64,000 bases of DNA from positions 1-64,000 of the forward strand of contig QPMI01000075.1 of NCBI GenBank assembly GCA_004431415.1, read 5' to 3'. Shown piece by piece: positions 23,500 through 35,849 of this stretch; the first letter of the stretch is position 1; every line of letters begins with the position of its first letter. The notes under the pieces are model-generated. The model was not told the DNA's origin, made no database searches, and saw only the letters and a list, made by a program, of their open reading frames with translations. This DNA comes from Cyanophora paradoxa CCMP329. Taxonomy: Eukaryota; Plantae; Glaucophyta. The translations under genes and the position numbers were made by a program.

Positions 23500-24730
23500 C
23501 AGCTTGCCGGGCAGGGCGGAGGCGCGGCGGGCGGCGGGCGCAGCTCGCGGGGCGGGACGGAGGTGCGGCGGGCGGCGCCGGGGCTCGCCGGCGCGGGCGG
23601 AGGCGCGGCGGGCGGCGGGCGCGGCTCGCCGGGCGGAGCGGAGGTGCGGCGGGCGGCGCCGGGGCTCGCCGGCGCGGGCGGAGGCGCGGCGGGCGGCGGG
23701 CGCGGCTCGCCGGGCGGAGCGGAGGTGCGGCGGGCGGCGCCGGGGCTCGCCGGGGCGGGGCGGAGGCACGTCGGGCGGCGAGCGCGGCTCGCCGAGCAAG
23801 GCGATCTCAGGAGGCGCGGCGGGCTGCCCGCGCGGCTCGCCGGGCGGGGCGGTCTCAGGAGGCGCGGCGGACGGCGGGTGGCGTACCCCTTGCTGAGGCG
23901 CAGGCAAATACCACCCTCCCTCACCCCTGCCCCGCCCCGCCGGAACCCGCTTCCGCCTCAGCAAGGGGTACGCCACCGGCCGCCCCCGTACCGCCGCCCA
24001 AGCTCAGCCCGGTTGACCTGCTCGCAGGCAAGGCGAAGGCGACGGGCGCGCCAAGGGGACAGCTTGCCGGGCAGGGCGGAGGCGCGGCGGGCGGCGGGCG
24101 CAGCTCGCGGGCGGGACGGAGGTGCGGCGGGCGGCGCCGGGCTCGCCGGCGCGGGGCGGAGGCACGTCGGGTGGCGAGCGCGGCTTGCCGAGCAAGGCGA
24201 TCTCAGGAGGCGCGGCGGGCTGCCCGCGCGGCTCGCCGGGCGGGGCGATCTCAGGAGGCGCGGCGGGCTGCCCGCGCAGCTCGCCGGGCGGGGCGGTCTC
24301 AGGAGGCGCGGCGGGCTGCCCGCGCAGCTCGCCGGCGGGGCGGTCTCAGGAGGCGCGGCGGGCTGCCCGCGCAGCTCGCCGGGCGGGGCGGTCTCAGGAG
24401 GCGCGGCGAGCTGCCCGCGCAGCTCGCCGGGCGGGGCGGTCTCAGGAGGCGCGGCGAGCTGCCCGCGCAGCTCGCCGGGCGGGCGGTCTCAGGAGGCGCG
24501 GCGAGCTGCCCGCGCAGCTCGCCGGGCGGGCGGTCTCAGGAGGCGCGGCGGGCTGCCCGCGCAGCTCGCCGGGCGGGGCGGTCTCAGGAGGCGCGGCGAG
24601 CAGTGGGTGCGGCTCGTCGGGCGAGCGGAGGGGCGGGGCGGACGTGCGGCGGGCGGCGGCGGCGCTCGGTGGGTGGAGGCTCTGCAGGCAACGGCGGCGC
24701 TCGGTGGGCGGGGGGGAGGCTCTGCGGGCG
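23500..24730. repeat. GC-rich minisatellite (~40-bp ggcgcggcgggctgcccgcgcagctcgccgggcggggcggtctcagga-type units)
   Basis: Seen directly; related in inverted orientation to 31805-32600. Confidence 0.85.
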
Positions 24731-24780
24731 GCGGTAGGGAGATAGTTCAATAGCCTTTTTATGAATTTGATGCCAGGAAG

Positions 24781-27700
24781 AGACTCGTGTGCAAAGAATT
24801 GCAAGCTCGCCGCGCCGAGCTTAGGAGCACGAATGAGCTTGCAGGAGCATCAGATTCGGATTCCCCGCCCTCAAATTGGGCGGGGTGCAAATTTGGGGGC
24901 AGTCGCGGCCCCGAACGACGCGACGGAGTGAGGTCGAGGGCGATACTTGAGACTGCAAACTTGCCGCCAAGGGGCCTAGTCGGCGAATATCACCAAGTAA
25001 AACATCTTATCTGACAAGTTAGATCCGGGCGCGGAGACGCCCCCGGGGGTTTATGAAGGTGCTGGATTTGATTCTGAGGTCGCCGGAGGCCCGGGGCGAG
25101 CTCGTAGCGCGCGGCGCATTATTTTGGAGGGCGAGTCGCCATATTTTTGGCGGGCTGTTCAGGACCTTCCCGCGCGGCAGGGCGTGCGAGTAGAAGCCCG
25201 GTAGCCGGTAGTAACGTCGAGGCCCTGTCTAAGACGCTACTGAATGACTCGCATCCGTCGGGAAGCGAGCTAGAGGGGCACGGGCGGACTGGGAATCGGC
25301 TCTCAAAATTAAATTGATCTCGGGAGAGACCCCATAAGGGAGTTGTTCTCCCCCGCAGCTCCGTCCGGGCGACCTAAGCTTCAAGTCAAATACTCTGCAT
25401 GTACAGTTGCGAGCACTGGTATCGTCTACGGGGCTCATAGGTGCCACTTACTCAGTATTTGTTTATGGCGGGTAGAGACTCATGATCATGATCATGTGCA
25501 AAGAACTGCAAGCTCGCCGCGCCGAGCTTAGGAGCACGAATGAGCTTGCAGGAGCATCAGATTCGGATTCCCGCCCTCAAATTGGGCGGGGTGCAAATTT
25601 GGGGGCAGTCGCGGCCCCGAACGACGCGACGGAGTGAGGTCGAGGCGATACTTGAGACTGCAAACTTGCCGCCAAGGGCCTAGTCGGCGAATATCACCAA
25701 GTAAAACATCTTATCTGACAAGTTAGATCCGGGCGCGGAGACGCCCCGGGGTTTATGAAGGTGCTGGATTTGATTCTGAGGTCGCCGGAGGCCCGGGGCG
25801 AGCTCGTAGCGCGCGGCGCATTATTTTGGAGGGCGAGTCGCCATATTTTTGGCGGGCTGTTCAGGACCTTCCCGCGCGGCAGGGCGTGCGAGTAGAAGCC
25901 CGGTAGCCGGTAGTAACGTCGAGGCCCTGTCTAAGACGCTACTGAATGACTCGCATCCGTCGGGAAGCGAGCTAGAGGGGCACGGCGGACTGGGAATCGG
26001 CTCTCAAAATTAAATTGATCTCGGGAGAGACCCCATAAGGGAGTTGTTCTCCCCCGCAGCTCCGTCCGGGCGACCTAAGCTTCAAGTCAAATACTCTGCA
26101 TGTACAGTTGCGAGCACTGGTATCGTCTACGGGGGCTCATAGGTGCCACTTACTCAGTATTTGTTTATGGCGGGTAGAGACTCATGATCATGATCATGTG
26201 CAAAGAACTGCAAGCTCGCCGCGCCGAGCTTAGGAGCACGAATGAGCTTGCAGGAGCATCAGATTCGGATTCCCCGCCCTCAAATTGGGCGGGGTGCAAA
26301 TTTGGGGGCAGTCGCGCCCCGAACGACGCGACGGAGTGAGGTCGAGGGCGATACTTGAGACTGCAAACTTGCCGCCAAGGGCCTAGTCGGCGAATATCAC
26401 CAAGTAAAACATCTTATCTGACAAGTTAGATCCGGGCGCGGAGACGCCCCCGGGGTTTATGAAGGTGCTGGATTTGATTCTGAGGTCGCCGGAGCCCGGG
26501 GCGAGCTCGTAGCGCGCGGCGCATTATTTTGGAGGGCGAGTCGCCATATTTTTGGCGGGCTGTTCAGGACCTTCCCGCGCGGCAGGGCGTGCGAGTAGAA
26601 GCCCGGTAGCCGGTAGTAACGTCGAGGCCCTGTCTAAGACGCTACTGAATGACTCGCATCCGTCGGGAAGCGAGCTAGAGGGGCACGGGCGGACTGGGAA
26701 TCGGCTCTCAAAATTAAATTGATCTCGGGAGAGACCCCATAAGGGAGTTGTTCTCCCCGCAGCTCCGTCCGGGCGACCTAAGCTTCAAGTCAAATACTCT
26801 GCATGTACAGTTGCGAGCACTGGTATCGTCTACGGGGCTCATAGGTGCCACTTACTCAGTATTTGTTTATGGCGGGTAGAGACTCATGATCATGATCATG
26901 TGCAAAGAACTGCAAGCTCGCCGCGCCGAGCTTAGGAGCACGAATGAGCTTGCAGGAGCATCAGATTCGGATTCCCGCCCTCAAATTGGGCGGGGTGCAA
27001 ATTTGGGGGCAGTCGCGGCCCCGAACGACGCGACGGAGTGAGGTCGAGGGCGATACTTGAGACTGCAAACTTGCCGCCAAGGGCCTAGTCGGCGAATATC
27101 ACCAAGTAAAACATCTTATCTGACAAGTTAGATCCGGGCGCGGAGACGCCCCGGGGTTTATGAAGGTGCTGGATTTGATTCTGAGGTCGCCGGAGGCCCG
27201 GGGCGAGCTCGTAGCGCGCGGCGCATTATTTTGGAGGGCGAGTCGCCATATTTTTGGCGGGCTGTTCAGGACCTTCCCGCGCGGCAGGGCGTGCGAGTAG
27301 AAGCCCGGTAGCCGGTAGTAACGTCGAGGCCCTGTCTAAGACGCTACTGAATGACTCGCATCCGTCGGGAAGCGAGCTAGAGGGGCACGGGCGGACTGGA
27401 ATCGGCTCTCAAAATTAAATTGATCTCGGGAGAGACCCATAAGGAGTTGTTCTCCCCGCAGCTCCGTCCGGGCGACCTAAGCTTCAAGTCAAATACTCTG
27501 CATGTACAGTTGCGAGCACTGGTATCGTCTACGGGGCTCATAGGTGCCACTTACTCAGTATTTGTTTATGGCGGGTAGAGACTCATGATCATGATCATGT
27601 GCAAAGAACTGCAAGCTCGCCGCGCCGAGCTTAGGAGCACGAATGAGCTTGCAGGAGCATCAGATTCGGATTCCCGCCCTCAAATTGGGCGGGTGCAAAT

Positions 27701-30700
27701 TTGGGGCAGTCGCGGCCCCGAACGACGCGACGGAGTGAGGTCGAGGGCGATACTTGAGACTGCAAACTTGCCGCCAAGGGGCCTAGTCGGCGAATATCAC
27801 CAAGTAAAACATCTTATCTGACAAGTTAGATCCGGGCGCGGAGACGCCCGGGGGTTTATGAAGGTGCTGGATTTGATTCTGAGGTCGCCGGAGGCCCGGG
27901 GCGAGCTCGTAGCGCGCGGCGCATTATTTTGGAGGGCGAGTCGCCATATTTTTGGCGGGCTGTTCAGGACCTTCCCGCGCGGCAGGGCGTGCGAGTAGAA
28001 GCCCGGTAGCCGGTAGTAACGTCGAGGCCCTGTCTAAGACGCTACTGAATGACTCGCATCCGTCGGGAAGCGAGCTAGAGGGGCACGGGCGGACTGGGAA
28101 TCGGCTCTCAAAATTAAATTGATCTCGGGAGAGACCCCATAAGGGAGTTGTTCTCCCCGCAGCTCCGTCCGGGCGACCTAAGCTTCAAGTCAAATACTCT
28201 GCATGTACAGTTGCGAGCACTGGTATCGTCTACGGGGGCTCATAGGTGCCACTTACTCAGTATTTGTTTATGGCGGGTAGAGACTCATGATCATGATCAT
28301 GTGCAAAGAACTGCAAGCTCGCCGCGCCGAGCTTAGGAGCACGAATGAGCTTGCAGGAGCATCAGATTCGGATTCCCCGCCCTCAAATTGGGCGGGGTGC
28401 AAATTTGGGGGCAGTCGCGGCCCCGAACGACGCGACGGAGTGAGGTCGAGGGCGATACTTGAGACTGCAAACTTGCCGCCAAGGGGCCTAGTCGGCGAAT
28501 ATCACCAAGTAAAACATCTTATCTGACAAGTTAGATCCGGGCGCGGAGACGCCCCCGGGGGTTTATGAAGGTGCTGGATTTGATTCTGAGGTCGCCGGAG
28601 GCCCGGGGCGAGCTCGTAGCGCGCGGCGCATTATTTTGGAGGGCGAGTCGCCATATTTTTGGCGGGCTGTTCAGGACCTTCCCGCGCGGCAGGGCGTGCG
28701 AGTAGAAGCCCGGTAGCCGGTAGTAACGTCGAGGCCCTGTCTAAGACGCTACTGAATGACTCGCATCCGTCGGGAAGCGAGCTAGAGGGGCACGGGCGGA
28801 CTGGGAATCGGCTCTCAAAATTAAATTGATCTCGGGAGAGACCCCATAAGGGAGTTGTTCTCCCCCGCAGCTCCGTCCGGGCGACCTAAGCTTCAAGTCA
28901 AATACTCTGCATGTACAGTTGCGAGCACTGGTATCGTCTACGGGGGCTCATAGGTGCCACTTACTCAGTATTTGTTTATGGCGGGTAGAGACTCATGATC
29001 ATGATCATGTGCAAAGAACTGCAAGCTCGCCGCGCCGAGCTTAGGAGCACGAATGAGCTTGCAGGAGCATCAGATTCGGATTCCCCGCCCTCAAATTGGG
29101 CGGGGTGCAAATTTGGGGGCAGTCGCGGCCCCGAACGACGCGACGGAGTGAGGTCGAGGGCGATACTTGAGACTGCAAACTTGCCGCCAAGGGGCCTAGT
29201 CGGCGAATATCACCAAGTAAAACATCTTATCTGACAAGTTAGATCCGGGCGCGGAGACGCCCCGGGGTTTATGAAGGTGCTGGATTTGATTCTGAGGTCG
29301 CCGGAGGCCCGGGGCGAGCTCGTAGCGCGCGGCGCATTATTTGGAGGGCGAGTCGCCATATTTTTGGCGGGCTGTTCAGGACCTTCCCGCGCGGCAGGGC
29401 GTGCGAGTAGAAGCCCGGTAGCCGGTAGTAACGTCGAGGCCCTGTCTAAGACGCTACTGAATGACTCGCATCCGTCGGGAAGCGAGCTAGAGGGGCACGG
29501 GCGGACTGGAATCGGCTCTCAAAATTGATCTCGGAGAGACCCATAAGGGAGTTGTTCTCCCCGCAGCTCCGTCCGGGCGACCTAAGCTTCAAGTCAAATA
29601 CTCTGCATGTACAGTTGCGAGCACTGGTATCGTCTACGGGGGCTCATAGGTGCCACTTACTCAGTATTTGTTTATGGCGGGTAGAGACTCATGATCATGA
29701 TCATGTGCAAAGAACTGCAAGCTCGCCGCGCCGAGCTTAGGAGCACGAATGAGCTTGCAGGAGCATCAGATTCGGATTCCCCGCCCTCAAATTGGCGGGG
29801 TGCAAATTTGGGGGCAGTCGCGGCCCGAACGACGCGACGGAGTGAGGTCGAGGGCGATACTTGAGACTGCAAACTTGCCGCCAAGGGCCTAGTCGGCGAA
29901 TATCACCAAGTAAAACATCTTATCTGACAAGTTAGATCCGGCGCGGAGACGCCCCGGGGTTTATGAAGGTGCTGGATTTGATTCTGAGGTCGCCGGAGGC
30001 CGGGGCGAGCTCGTAGCGCGCGGCGCATTATTTTGGAGGGCGAGTCGCCATATTTTGGCGGGCTGTTCAGGACCTTCCGCGCGGCAGGGCGTGCGAGTAG
30101 AAGCCCGGTAGCCGGTAGTAACGTCGAGGCCCTGTCTAAGACGCTACTGAATGACTCGCATCCGTCGGAAGCGAGCTAGAGGGCACGGGCGGACTGGGAA
30201 TCGGCTCTCAAAATTAAATTGATCTCGGGAGAGACCCCATAAGGGAGTTGTTCTCCCCGCAGCTCCGTCCGGGCGACCTAAGCTTCAAGTCAAATACTCT
30301 GCATGTACAGTTGCGAGCACTGGTATCGTCTACGGGGCTCATAGGTGCCACTTACTCAGTATTTGTTTATGGCGGGTAGAGACTCATGATCATGATCATG
30401 TGCAAAGAACTGCAAGCTCGCCGCGCCGAGCTTAGGAGCACGAATGAGCTTGCAGGAGCATCAGATTCGGATTCCCCGCCCTCAAATTGGCGGGGTGCAA
30501 ATTTGGGGCAGTCGCGGCCCCGAACGACGCGACGGAGTGAGTCGAGGGCGATACTTGAGACTGCAAACTTGCCGCCAAGGGGCCTAGTCGGCGAATATCA
30601 CAAGTAAAACATCTTATCTGACAAGTTAGATCCGGGCGCGGAGACGCCCCGGGGTTTATGAAGGTGCTGGATTTGATTCTGAGGTCGCCGGAGGCCCGGG

Positions 30701-31630
30701 CGAGCTCGTAGCGCGCGGCGCATTATTTTGGAGGGCGAGTCGCCATATTTTTGGCGGGCTGTTCAGGACCTTCCGCGCGGCAGGGCGTGCGAGTAGAAGC
30801 CCGGTAGCCGGTAGTAACGTCGAGGCCCTGTCTAAGACGCTACTGAATGACTCGCATCCGTCGGGAAGCGAGCTAGAGGGGCACGGGCGGACTGGGAATC
30901 GGCTCTCAAAATTGATCTCGGGAGAGACCCCATAAGGGAGTTGTTCTCCCCCGCAGCTCCGTCCGGGCGACCTAAGCTTCAAGTCAAATACTCTGCATGT
31001 ACAGTTGCGAGCACTGGTATCGTCTACGGGGGCTCATAGGTGCCACTTACTCAGTATTTGTTTATGGCGGGTAGAGACTCATGATCATGATCATGTGCAA
31101 AGAACTGCAAGCTCGCCGCGCCGAGCTTAGGAGCACGAATGAGCTTGCAGGAGCATCAGATTCGGATTCCCGCCCTCAAATTGGGCGGGGTGCAAATTTG
31201 GGGCAGTCGCGGCCCGAACGACGCGACGGAGTGAGGTCGAGGGCGATACTTGAGACTGCAAACTTGCCGCCAAGGGCCTAGTCGGCGAATATCACCAAGT
31301 AAAACATCTTATCTGACAAGTTAGATCCGGGCGCGGAGACGCCCCCGGGGGTTTATGAAGGTGCTGGATTTGATTCTGAGGTCGCCGGAGGCCCGGGGCG
31401 AGCTCGTAGCGCGCGGCGCATTATTTTGGAGGGCGAGTCGCCATATTTTTGGCGGGCTGTTCAGGACCTTCCCGCGCGGCAGGGCGTGCGAGTAGAAGCC
31501 CGGTAGCCGGTAGTAACGTCGAGGCCCTGTCTAAGACGCTACTGAATGACTCGCATCCGTCGGGAAGCGAGCTAGAGGGGCACGGGCGGACTGGGAATCG
31601 GCTCTCAAAATTGATCTCGGGAGAGACCCC
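24781..31630. repeat. Tandem array of ~9.75 near-identical ~700-707 bp units
   Basis: gcaaagaa(c/t)tgcaagctcg recurs at ~24791, 25498, 26200, 26902, 27601, 28303, 29010, 29707, 30402 and 31097. Copies differ mostly in homopolymer length. Confidence 0.97.
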
Positions 31631-31804
31631 AATGCCCGGGAGCCCTGAGCCCTGAGCTTCTCGTAAAATAATCTAGATATACACAAAGGGGCGCTGATAT
31701 CATCTCCAGGCGCTCCCATGTGCCAGTAACTCAGTATCCTTTTGATGGCAGACAGAGACTTCTGTGCAAAGAAGTGCGAAGTCACCGCGCTGAGGATAAA
31801 TGGC

Positions 31805-32600
31805 CCGCGCCCCGCGAGCCGCCGCACCTCCGCCCCGCCCCGCGAGCCGCGCGGCCGCTCGCCGCGCCTCCGCCCCGCCCCGCGAGCCGCGCGGCCGTCC
31901 GCCGCGCCTCTGCCCCGCCCGTCGAGCCGCGTGGCCGCCCGCCGCACCTCCACCCCGCCCTGCGAGCTGCGCGGCCGCCCGCCGCGCCTCTGCATCGCCC
32001 CGCGAGCCGCGCGGCCGCCCGCCGCGCCTCCGCCCCGCCCCGCGAGCCGCGCGGCCGCCCGCCTCACCTTCGCCCCGCCCCGCGAGCTGCGCGGCCGCTC
32101 GCCGCGCCTCCGCCCCGCCCGTCGAGCCGCGCGGCCGCTCGCCGCGCCTCTGTCCCGCCCGCGAGCTGCGCGGCCGCCCGCCCGCCTCTGCATCGCCCGG
32201 CGAGCCGCGCGGCCGCCCGCCGCGCCTCCGCATCGCCCGGCGAGCCGCCGCCGCCGCCCGCCGCGCCTCCGCCCCGCCCGCGAGCCGCCGCCGCCACCGC
32301 CGCGCCTCCGCCCCGCCCGCGAGCCGCCGCGGCCGCCCGACTCACCTTCGCCCCGCCCAGTGAGCCGCGCGGGCGCCCGCCGCGCCTCCGCCCCGCCCCG
32401 CGAGCCGCGCAGCCGCCCGCCGCGCCTCCGCCCGCCCGTCGAGCCGCGCAGCCGCCCGCCGCGCCTCCGTCCCGCCTGAGAGCTGCGCGGCCGCCCGCCG
32501 CGCCTCTGCATCGCCCGGCGAGCCGCCGCCGCCGCCCGCCGCGCCTCCGTCCCGCCCCGCGAGCCGCACCGCCGAGCGCCGCGCCTCCGCCCGCCTCAGC
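31805..32600. repeat. GC-rich ~40-bp minisatellite (cgagccgcgcggccgcccgccgcgcctccgccccgccc)
   Basis: Seen directly; inverted counterpart of 23500-24730. Confidence 0.85.
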
Positions 32601-32739
32601 TCCGCTCTGCAACACGCAGCACTGCAGGAAGCGCCTCCGCCCTATCCTGGAAGTCACGCGGCCGCCTGCCGCGCCTCCAGACCCGCCGCACACCAGCCCC
32701 TGGGCTTCATGCGGCATCTTCCGGTATCCTGTGTTACCG

Positions 32740-35647
32740 GCGCGCCCCGTCAGCGACGCGTACGCGTCCCCTCAGCGACGCGCACGGGCCCAGCCGGCTC
32801 ACCTAGGCAGTGTAGAAGAATGTCTCCCAAACTGCGACGATCCGAGGCGGCTCACCCATCCCAGCGGTCTGGGCCTCTTCAGCCACATGCTCGCGCGTCG
32901 TTGGCCCAATGCTGTGCTTGGCAGGCGCACCCGAGGCGACCGCCGATCGGGAGGTTGCGTCGGTCCGCGCGCTCACGCAGCGCTCGGCCAGTCCAGAGTC
33001 AGAGGCACTGCGTGAGCATCTCAAAGGGACGCTCTATGCACCGAAACATGCGAGAGAGCTCCGCCGGCGACCAGAACCGCATCCACGGCCGGCGTGCACC
33101 TCAACCCTCCAAATCGACCGCGGGGATGTCTGGTAGAGATACTGCGGATGTAAGTGAGCTGAACGCCACGCAAAGAACCCGGCCAGCACGGCGAAGTCAC
33201 CCAGCGCTGCGTTGCGGGCCCGGTCGATCTAGCTGTGGATCGGCGCGGCGCAGGGACGATGCTACTGGGGGAGCTGGACCCATGGTTACAAGCTCGCGTG
33301 CTCGTAGCTGCCGTGCGCTGCGTGCTGCGAGCACGCGCGAAGGTGCCGCAGCGGGAGGCGCTGCGTGCACCGCCTGCGCCTGGGGCAAGCGAGGGCCGCA
33401 AGAGCCGTTGGCAATCGCTTCAGACGGCTTCGGAAAGCTATACTACGGCGCGGCTGCCGCGGCGGCCCTGCCGCTGTGGGCCTCACAAGGCTTTTCCCAA
33501 CAGTCGTGTACCCCAAACTTGCTGCCTTAAAGTGCCTTCAAGTGCCTTGCTGCCAGCAGCTGCAGCCTCGACTGAAGGCTGCCGCGCGGACGCGCTTCAC
33601 TCTCACAGCGGCTCGGTTCGTTCGCTCCTCCGGGGTCTCGCAGCGCTGCCCGCGTCTCTGACTCCGCTTTTCAAACCAGGTCGAACGGACTTGCTGCCGC
33701 CGCAGCGAACATCGTCGGCTTCAGGCGCGAACGATGCTCGAAGGTACTTTCTTGCATCCTCTGCCCCTCTCGCCGCCTGTCGCCCGCCTGATTTCAAACG
33801 CAGAGCCTTGCTTCAGGGCGGCTGGTGCCCGGTTGCGGCCGCGAATGCTCGCGAACGCATCGCTATCGATCTCCTTGTTGGCTTTGTCGTCCATTCCTCC
33901 CGCGGCTGTCGCCAATGGGCGTTCTGCCGCTGACAGGCACGCGCGGAACGTAGGCGGCGGCTGCGGAGGCTAAGCAAGGTGCTTTTCGTTTCCTCTCCTT
34001 TGATTCAATCCCTCATTCCGCTGGCGGGCCAGGGAGCGGGCGTGACTGGTCCCCGCGAGCAGAACACCACCGCCCAGTTCGCCCGGCGCCTTCTTCCGCA
34101 GGCCAGGTGCTCGCTCTTGTCTCCGCTGCTCGTCCTTCGATCTTGTTGTAACGCCGGCGGCGTGCGCAGCGCAGCGCGTGCCGCTTTCCGGACGTGTGGC
34201 CCAGTGGCTGCTGGGATCGGCCTCGGAGTTCATGCTTGCGGCCGCTCGGGCGCAGGTGCGGTCGTTTGCCGTCGCGCATTCTTCTTTTCTTTCGATTGAC
34301 GCTCCAACTGCAGCGAGCGCTTCGCCCTCGCCATCGCCGCCGCGGTCGCGGGAATCCTAGCCGCGGGGCGAGCTCGAGCCAGTCAGCTGCTCCCTCTCCT
34401 AGCCGAGGTGCACAGCGTCCCGTCCGGTTCCGCTTGATGCGAGCGCTCGCTAACCGCGATGCGCACAGCGCAGCGGGCCCGGCGAGGTGCCGCATGACCT
34501 GCAGCGCGCGGGGGCAGCATCGCTTCGCGCCTTCCCTTCCCACGTGAATTCCTAGTCGCGTCGCCCGGGCCGGGCCCTGTGCTTGCTGGGCCGCATGCGC
34601 AGTTGTGTGACAGCCGCCGGTAGGCCGTGTAGCAGAGCCGCAGGCAGAGAATATCAATTTCATTTACAGGGAACCGCTAGCTACGTATGCATGCGCGGGC
34701 GAACTTCGGGCTTGCCCAAACTTTGGTACTGCGCAGCCTGGCGAGAGCAAGTGCACGTGTGAGCGTCGGAGGCGGCCGCTTGAGCGCCAGAGCTTGATTC
34801 CACCCGGCGGCGCGGATCTGCGTAGAGGGCGCATCTCGTCCGCCCGCAGCCGGCGCGGCCAGCTCGTTCGGAGGCTGACCCTTGACGTGGGGGGTGAAGA
34901 CGAGCGCTTTCTGCGAGAGGCCCGAGCTAAGGGGAAGCGAGCTAAGGGAACGCGGTCCGCAGGGGCCGCGAGCGCGCACCGCCGGCCACATGCTCGCGCA
35001 CGCTCGCGCTGTCGCGCGGGCGATCCAGGGTCCTGCGCCGCGAGCGCGCGTCGTGAGCTGTGCGAGCGCCCGAAGCGAGGGACGCGGAACCGCATCCGAC
35101 TGGGACGGCGTGGGACGGGGCACTTGCGGCAGCTGAGGCGATCGATATCTGCGTGCTGCGACCGCCAAGGCTGCAAGGCGCGGAGCTGAACTGAGGATGC
35201 GCGGCCACCGCCAGAGCCGATGGGGACACGCCCCGCGCTAGCAAGCTGCCTAGGCTAGCGCCCAGGCTAGCCACGCCTTGGTAGAGTGCGCGGCGCTCGA
35301 CGTCGGCTCGGTCGCGGCGACCTCGAGCTCTCTCCCGACGCGCAGTGCAGCTAGACCGCCGAACTGCAGCTGGGGCTTTAAAGCTCGGGCTTGAGGGCAA
35401 GCCCGAACTTCAGCCCAGAGTCGAGTCTCAAACTTTGGGCTTGACCAAAGTTTGGGCAAGCCAAAAGTTCAGGCAGAACTTTTGCCCGATTTCGGTCAGA
35501 ACTTTGGGTTTACCCAAAGTTTGGGCAAGCCCAAAGTTCTGCCAAGAGTTGAGGCTCAAACTTTGGGCTTACCCAAAGTTTGGGTAAACCCAAAGTTTGG
35601 GTAGGACTTTGGGCAGAAGTGGTCAAATGTCAAAAAGTGCAGTTATA
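32740..35647 (-). repeat. Right terminal inverted repeat (~2.9 kb)
   Basis: Reverse complement of 20586-23470, with internal indels and a diverged patch. Confidence 0.93.
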
Positions 35648-35849
35648 GCGCTGCGCGGGCGGAGGCGAGGCGCGGGGCGCGCTGGGGCTCGGCGGCGGCT
35701 TCACTTGAGGTCCAGGTCCGTCAGCACGGGCGCGGTGCCGGGCAGCGGGGCGACCGACAGTGTTCTGCAGGTCGCGCGGCGCGGGCGGAGGCGAGGCGCG
35801 GGGCGCGCTGGGGCTCGGCGGCGGCTTCACTTGAGGTCCAGGTCCGTCA

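Larger units (their letters stand above)
20586..35647. mobile_element. 15.06 kb non-autonomous foldback DNA transposon, IS3EU-like termini
   Basis: Ends TATAACTGCACTTTTTGAC...GTCAAAAAGTGCAGTTATA. 6-bp TSD GCGCTG at 20580-20585 and 35648-35653, within a 126-bp repeat unit. No transposase recognised. The superfamily call rests only on the TAY..RTA ends plus the 6-bp TSD. Confidence 0.88.

Noticed and set aside
23185-24753. Long Arg/Ala/Gly-rich ORFs (also 31531-33015, 36675-37940, 54825-56840)
   Set aside because: These are stop-poor shadow frames of GC-rich repeats, or of antisense/intron-containing genes.
24781-31630. Array as CRISPR, 5S/rDNA, snRNA cluster or hammerhead retrozyme
   Set aside because: No unique spacers. 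I recognised no rRNA or U1/U2/U5/U6 signature and no complete CUGANGA...GAAA core on either strand.
20586-35647. Polinton/Maverick or endogenous virophage (15 kb, long TIRs, 6-bp TSD)
   Set aside because: Termini are TAT..ATA rather than AG..CT, and no pPolB, integrase, ATPase or capsid ORF is present.
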